DNA of 10,870 nucleotides from a virus (Duplodnaviria; Heunggongvirae; Uroviricota; Caudoviricetes): IMG/VR virus record IMGVR_UViG_2695420687_000005, positions 1 to 10,870 of that record; one strand, 5' to 3'. Shown piece by piece: positions 8,037 to 10,870 of this stretch (position 1 is its first letter; each line of letters starts with the position of its first letter). The notes under the pieces were generated by a model. It saw only the letters and a program-made list of their open reading frames with translations, ran no database searches and was not told where the DNA came from. The position numbers and the translations under genes were made by a program.

Positions 8037-10838
8037 TCAATCTTTATCGTAAAAACTGCCACGCCCGGCACGGGCACGCCGTTCCATTTCTGCCCTGACC
8101 ATTTCACCGACCAGTTTCGCCAGTTCGCGAGGATTCTGCGTAACAACGTTATGCAGATGGACATGAATTTCACCACCAAATCCGGGGATCGCAGCCTCCC
8201 GGCTGCGGGAAGATGCGGAAACGGGCGCAACTGGCGCACGTGCGGCCTCCACGACCGGACGGGAGCTTGCTGCAACAACAGGGGGCAGCGCCGGAGATAA
8301 CGGAGCCGGGGGCGCGGGAGTGATATTGATTGCAGGAAGAGCCTTGTTGCTCTGCGCAACCTTTCGCTCCTGCCACTCCCCACGAACAGCAAGCGCACGG
8401 GGCAGGTTCTTAAAGACAATATCACCGGGGCCGATACGCTTTTTCGTCTCATCAACCAGCTTGCCTGTGTTATCTGCAATTTTGCTGAGCCTGCGCAGCG
8501 TGCCAGTGTTGTTGTCCGTGAGCGGCTTGTTGTCTTTAGGCTTATCGCCTCCGGTCCCTGTTTCCGCAGACTTCGGTGGATTGATTTTTGCCAGGTCCCC
8601 CTGAAGCAAAGCAACCTTGTCCTGAAGAATGGCCGCACGCTGCGCGTCTTCGATTTTCTTTCTCGCCCTTTCCGCTTCATCTGGAAGGACGCCAAGTTTT
8701 TCCAGTATCCATGCCAGCGTATCCAGCAGCATTTTTGCAGGCGTCAGGACAAGCTGTAACGCACCGCCAAGAACGTTGCCGAACACCTCGCCAGCACTGG
8801 TGCATTTATCCAGCGTTTCCTTGCTGGATTCCATCGGTGACAGCAGCGATGTAAACCAGTTAAAGACCTGAATCACGCCATCACGAACCAGTTCGAAAAC
8901 AGGGCCAAACCGTTCAAAGGTTTCGCGTAACGGGGCCAGCCGCTCCATAATCCCGCTGAACACCCCGGCAAAAAATGCCCTGATTGGGTCCCAGTATTTC
9001 CAGATGAGAACGGCAGCTCCGGCAAGCGCAGCTACGATAAGACCGACCGGGCTGAACAACGCCCCGATAGCACCTCCCAGTAAAGAGACGGAACCCGCCA
9101 CCATTCCCCACAGCGCTGGCAGGACCCTGACAGCATTCATTGATCCGGTCAGGAGGGAAAAACCAAGACGCAGTTTTGCCAGCGGGCCAGCAAGCACCCC
9201 AAGAGCCAGTGACAACGAGCCAACCGTTGCAGTCATTGCCAGCAGCGCACCGCCTGCAATCAGTAGCTGGCGCGTCAGTGCCGGATGGGCCTGCGCCAGC
9301 TCCGTCACCTTTGAGACCACCCGGGTGAGCCACTGCGTGACAGAGCGCAGCGGACCGTCAATCAGATCCGCAATGCGGATACGCAGCCCCTCCCATGCAC
9401 TGCCGAGTGATTTCAGGTCGCCATCAAGGTTATTGGCCATAACCTTTGCCGTGCGTTCAGCCTCACCGCGTGCGCCTTCAAGTTCTTTTCTCAGTTTGGG
9501 CAGAGAACCGTCACCTGCCGCATCAACGAGGGCCATAAATGACGTGAAGGCCTCTTCTCCGGCTATGTCCTTAAAGAACGATACCCGGTCAACTTCCCCG
9601 TATTTGCGGGTGGCTTTATAAAGGTCGACCAGCACATCCTCCATCGGGCGCATTTTGCCGTTCGCATCAGAGACAGCCACACCAAGCTCTTTCAGCGCCT
9701 CTGCCGCCGCCTTTGGCGGTGATGCCAGACGAGCAAAGCTGGCACGCATTGCCGTCCCGGCATCACTCCCTCTGATACCCATATTCGCCAGCACGCCCGC
9801 CATCGCTGCGGCCTGCTCCAGCGATATTCCCAGCTTACCCGCCACCGGACCTGCATATTTCATGGTTTCGCCCAGCGCGCGAAGGTCGGTGTTAGTACGG
9901 GTAAACGCCGCAGTAAGTGTGTCGCCGACCCGATCCATCTGGTCAGCAGAGAGGCCGAACTGCGTCAGGATATTTGAGCCAATATCCGCCGTCTCACCAA
10001 GGTCCATACCGCCAGCCGTTGCCATGCTCAGCACGCCGGGAAGCGCAGCCTGAATGGCTTCTGGTGTGAAGCCAGCCATAGCAAGAAATGCCTGCCCACT
10101 GGCGGCATCACTCGCAGTAAACTGCGTTTCAGAGCCGAGCTTTAGCGCCTGCTCACGCAGCGCCTTAAACTGCGGGCTGTTCTGGTCAATTCGCGTCAGC
10201 GCCTGCACACGGGACATCTCTTTCCCGAATCCGATAGCGGGCTGCAAAAAACGCCCGGCAGCATAGCCGCCAGCCGCTGCCGCACCAGTTGCCAGCGCAC
10301 CACCCGTTTTCAGTTTTCCCGCTGTTTCCTGCGCGCGTGAATACTGCTCACGCGCCCGCGTTACACGCGCAAGCGCCTGTCGTTCGAGTTCAAGCTGGTT
10401 GTTGTACTGTTCGGTGCGTCTGATGGCCTGCTGGATGGTGTTATCGCTGCCTGTCAGGGAAATACCGTGGCGTTTAAGCTCTCCGCCAAGCTCCCGCATT
10501 TTCTGAATTTCCCGTGTGCGCGATTCATTCAGGCGTTCAAGCCGGGTGCTTAACTGCTGCATCAGCTTTTGTTGTTTTTCGCTGAGCACCGTACCCGTGC
10601 GTTGTAACTGATGAAGGGCGTTAAGCTGGCGTCGTGCTTTCACGATGCCAGCATCCGCTTTACTGACAGCATCGCGGGCGCGCTCAAATGAACGCGCCTG
10701 ACGCTCGAGATTTTTGATCGCCCCCTGCGTTCGCTGGATGGAGTCACCAAGCTGTCCCATCAGGCGGCGGGCGTTTTCGGCTGGCCGGGTCAGCCTGTCA
10801 ACAGCACTGAAGGCGACCCGAATGTCAAGAGTCTTCAT
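8037..10838 (-). CDS. T: Tail tape measure protein, P2 gpT family
   Basis: A minus-strand ORF of about 930 codons with a coiled-coil-rich N-terminal half and a Gly/Ala-rich hydrophobic central segment, typical of tape measure proteins. It lies immediately upstream of gpU as in P2. The start is ambiguous between ATG 10838, ATG 10847 and GTG 10853; the window ends 17 nt upstream. Confidence 0.85.
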   Translation of the reverse strand: MKTLDIRVAFSAVDRLTRPAENARRLMGQLGDSIQRTQGAIKNLERQARSFERARDAVSKADAGIVKARRQLNALHQLQRTGTVLSEKQQKLMQQLSTRLERLNESRTREIQKMRELGGELKRHGISLTGSDNTIQQAIRRTEQYNNQLELERQALARVTRAREQYSRAQETAGKLKTGGALATGAAAAGGYAAGRFLQPAIGFGKEMSRVQALTRIDQNSPQFKALREQALKLGSETQFTASDAASGQAFLAMAGFTPEAIQAALPGVLSMATAGGMDLGETADIGSNILTQFGLSADQMDRVGDTLTAAFTRTNTDLRALGETMKYAGPVAGKLGISLEQAAAMAGVLANMGIRGSDAGTAMRASFARLASPPKAAAEALKELGVAVSDANGKMRPMEDVLVDLYKATRKYGEVDRVSFFKDIAGEEAFTSFMALVDAAGDGSLPKLRKELEGARGEAERTAKVMANNLDGDLKSLGSAWEGLRIRIADLIDGPLRSVTQWLTRVVSKVTELAQAHPALTRQLLIAGGALLAMTATVGSLSLALGVLAGPLAKLRLGFSLLTGSMNAVRVLPALWGMVAGSVSLLGGAIGALFSPVGLIVAALAGAAVLIWKYWDPIRAFFAGVFSGIMERLAPLRETFERFGPVFELVRDGVIQVFNWFTSLLSPMESSKETLDKCTSAGEVFGNVLGGALQLVLTPAKMLLDTLAWILEKLGVLPDEAERARKKIEDAQRAAILQDKVALLQGDLAKINPPKSAETGTGGDKPKDNKPLTDNNTGTLRRLSKIADNTGKLVDETKKRIGPGDIVFKNLPRALAVRGEWQERKVAQSNKALPAINITPAPPAPLSPALPPVVAASSRPVVEAARAPVAPVSASSRSREAAIPGFGGEIHVHLHNVVTQNPRELAKLVGEMVRAEMERRARAGRGSFYDKD

Positions 10839-10870
10839 CGTCTGCATTCCCACTGCGAAGTGCCGCCCGC

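Noticed and set aside
8021-8695. 224-aa Arg-rich minus-strand ORF overlapping the 3' part of the tape measure gene in another frame
   Set aside because: It is fully embedded in the long gpT ORF in GC-rich DNA. Its composition (Arg/Ser/Pro-rich) is what an out-of-frame reading of high-GC coding sequence produces, and it has no convincing RBS.
8914-10266. ORFs 8914-9333 (-), 9004-9621 (+), 9655-10053 (+) and 10054-10266 (+) within the tape measure region
   Set aside because: They are embedded in or antisense to the 930-codon gpT ORF, and their Ala/Ser/Pro/Arg-rich translations are typical of GC-rich non-coding frames.

Overview
This window looks like a mosaic, probably defective P2-like prophage segment from an enterobacterial genome. 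All protein identifications are from reading the ORF translations against remembered family sequences and motifs; no searches were run. Plus strand, bases 1-3167: a head and lysis block (capsid gpN C-terminus, frameshifted small terminase gpM, head completion gpL, tail protein gpX, holin, T5-type M15 endolysin, truncated spanin-like ORF). Bases ~3148-4400: a low-GC island carrying one ~400-codon minus-strand ORF of unknown function that has no stop codon of its own and reads antisense into the lysis genes. Bases ~4478-4610: a short 3' fragment of a YhcH/DUF386-type host gene. Bases 4563-7465: a 5'-truncated tail-fibre gene with 132-bp tandem repeats and a His-x-His tip, then a macrodomain protein whose C-terminus repeats the tail-fibre His-x-His motif, then a lambda-type tail fibre assembly gene. 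Bases 7536-10853, minus strand: tail protein gpU and tape measure gpT, convergent on the tail-fibre module. Baseplate, sheath, tube and gpD genes are absent from the window. The two candidates most worth follow-up are the macrodomain/His-x-His chimera inside the tail-fibre module and the low-GC cargo ORF.
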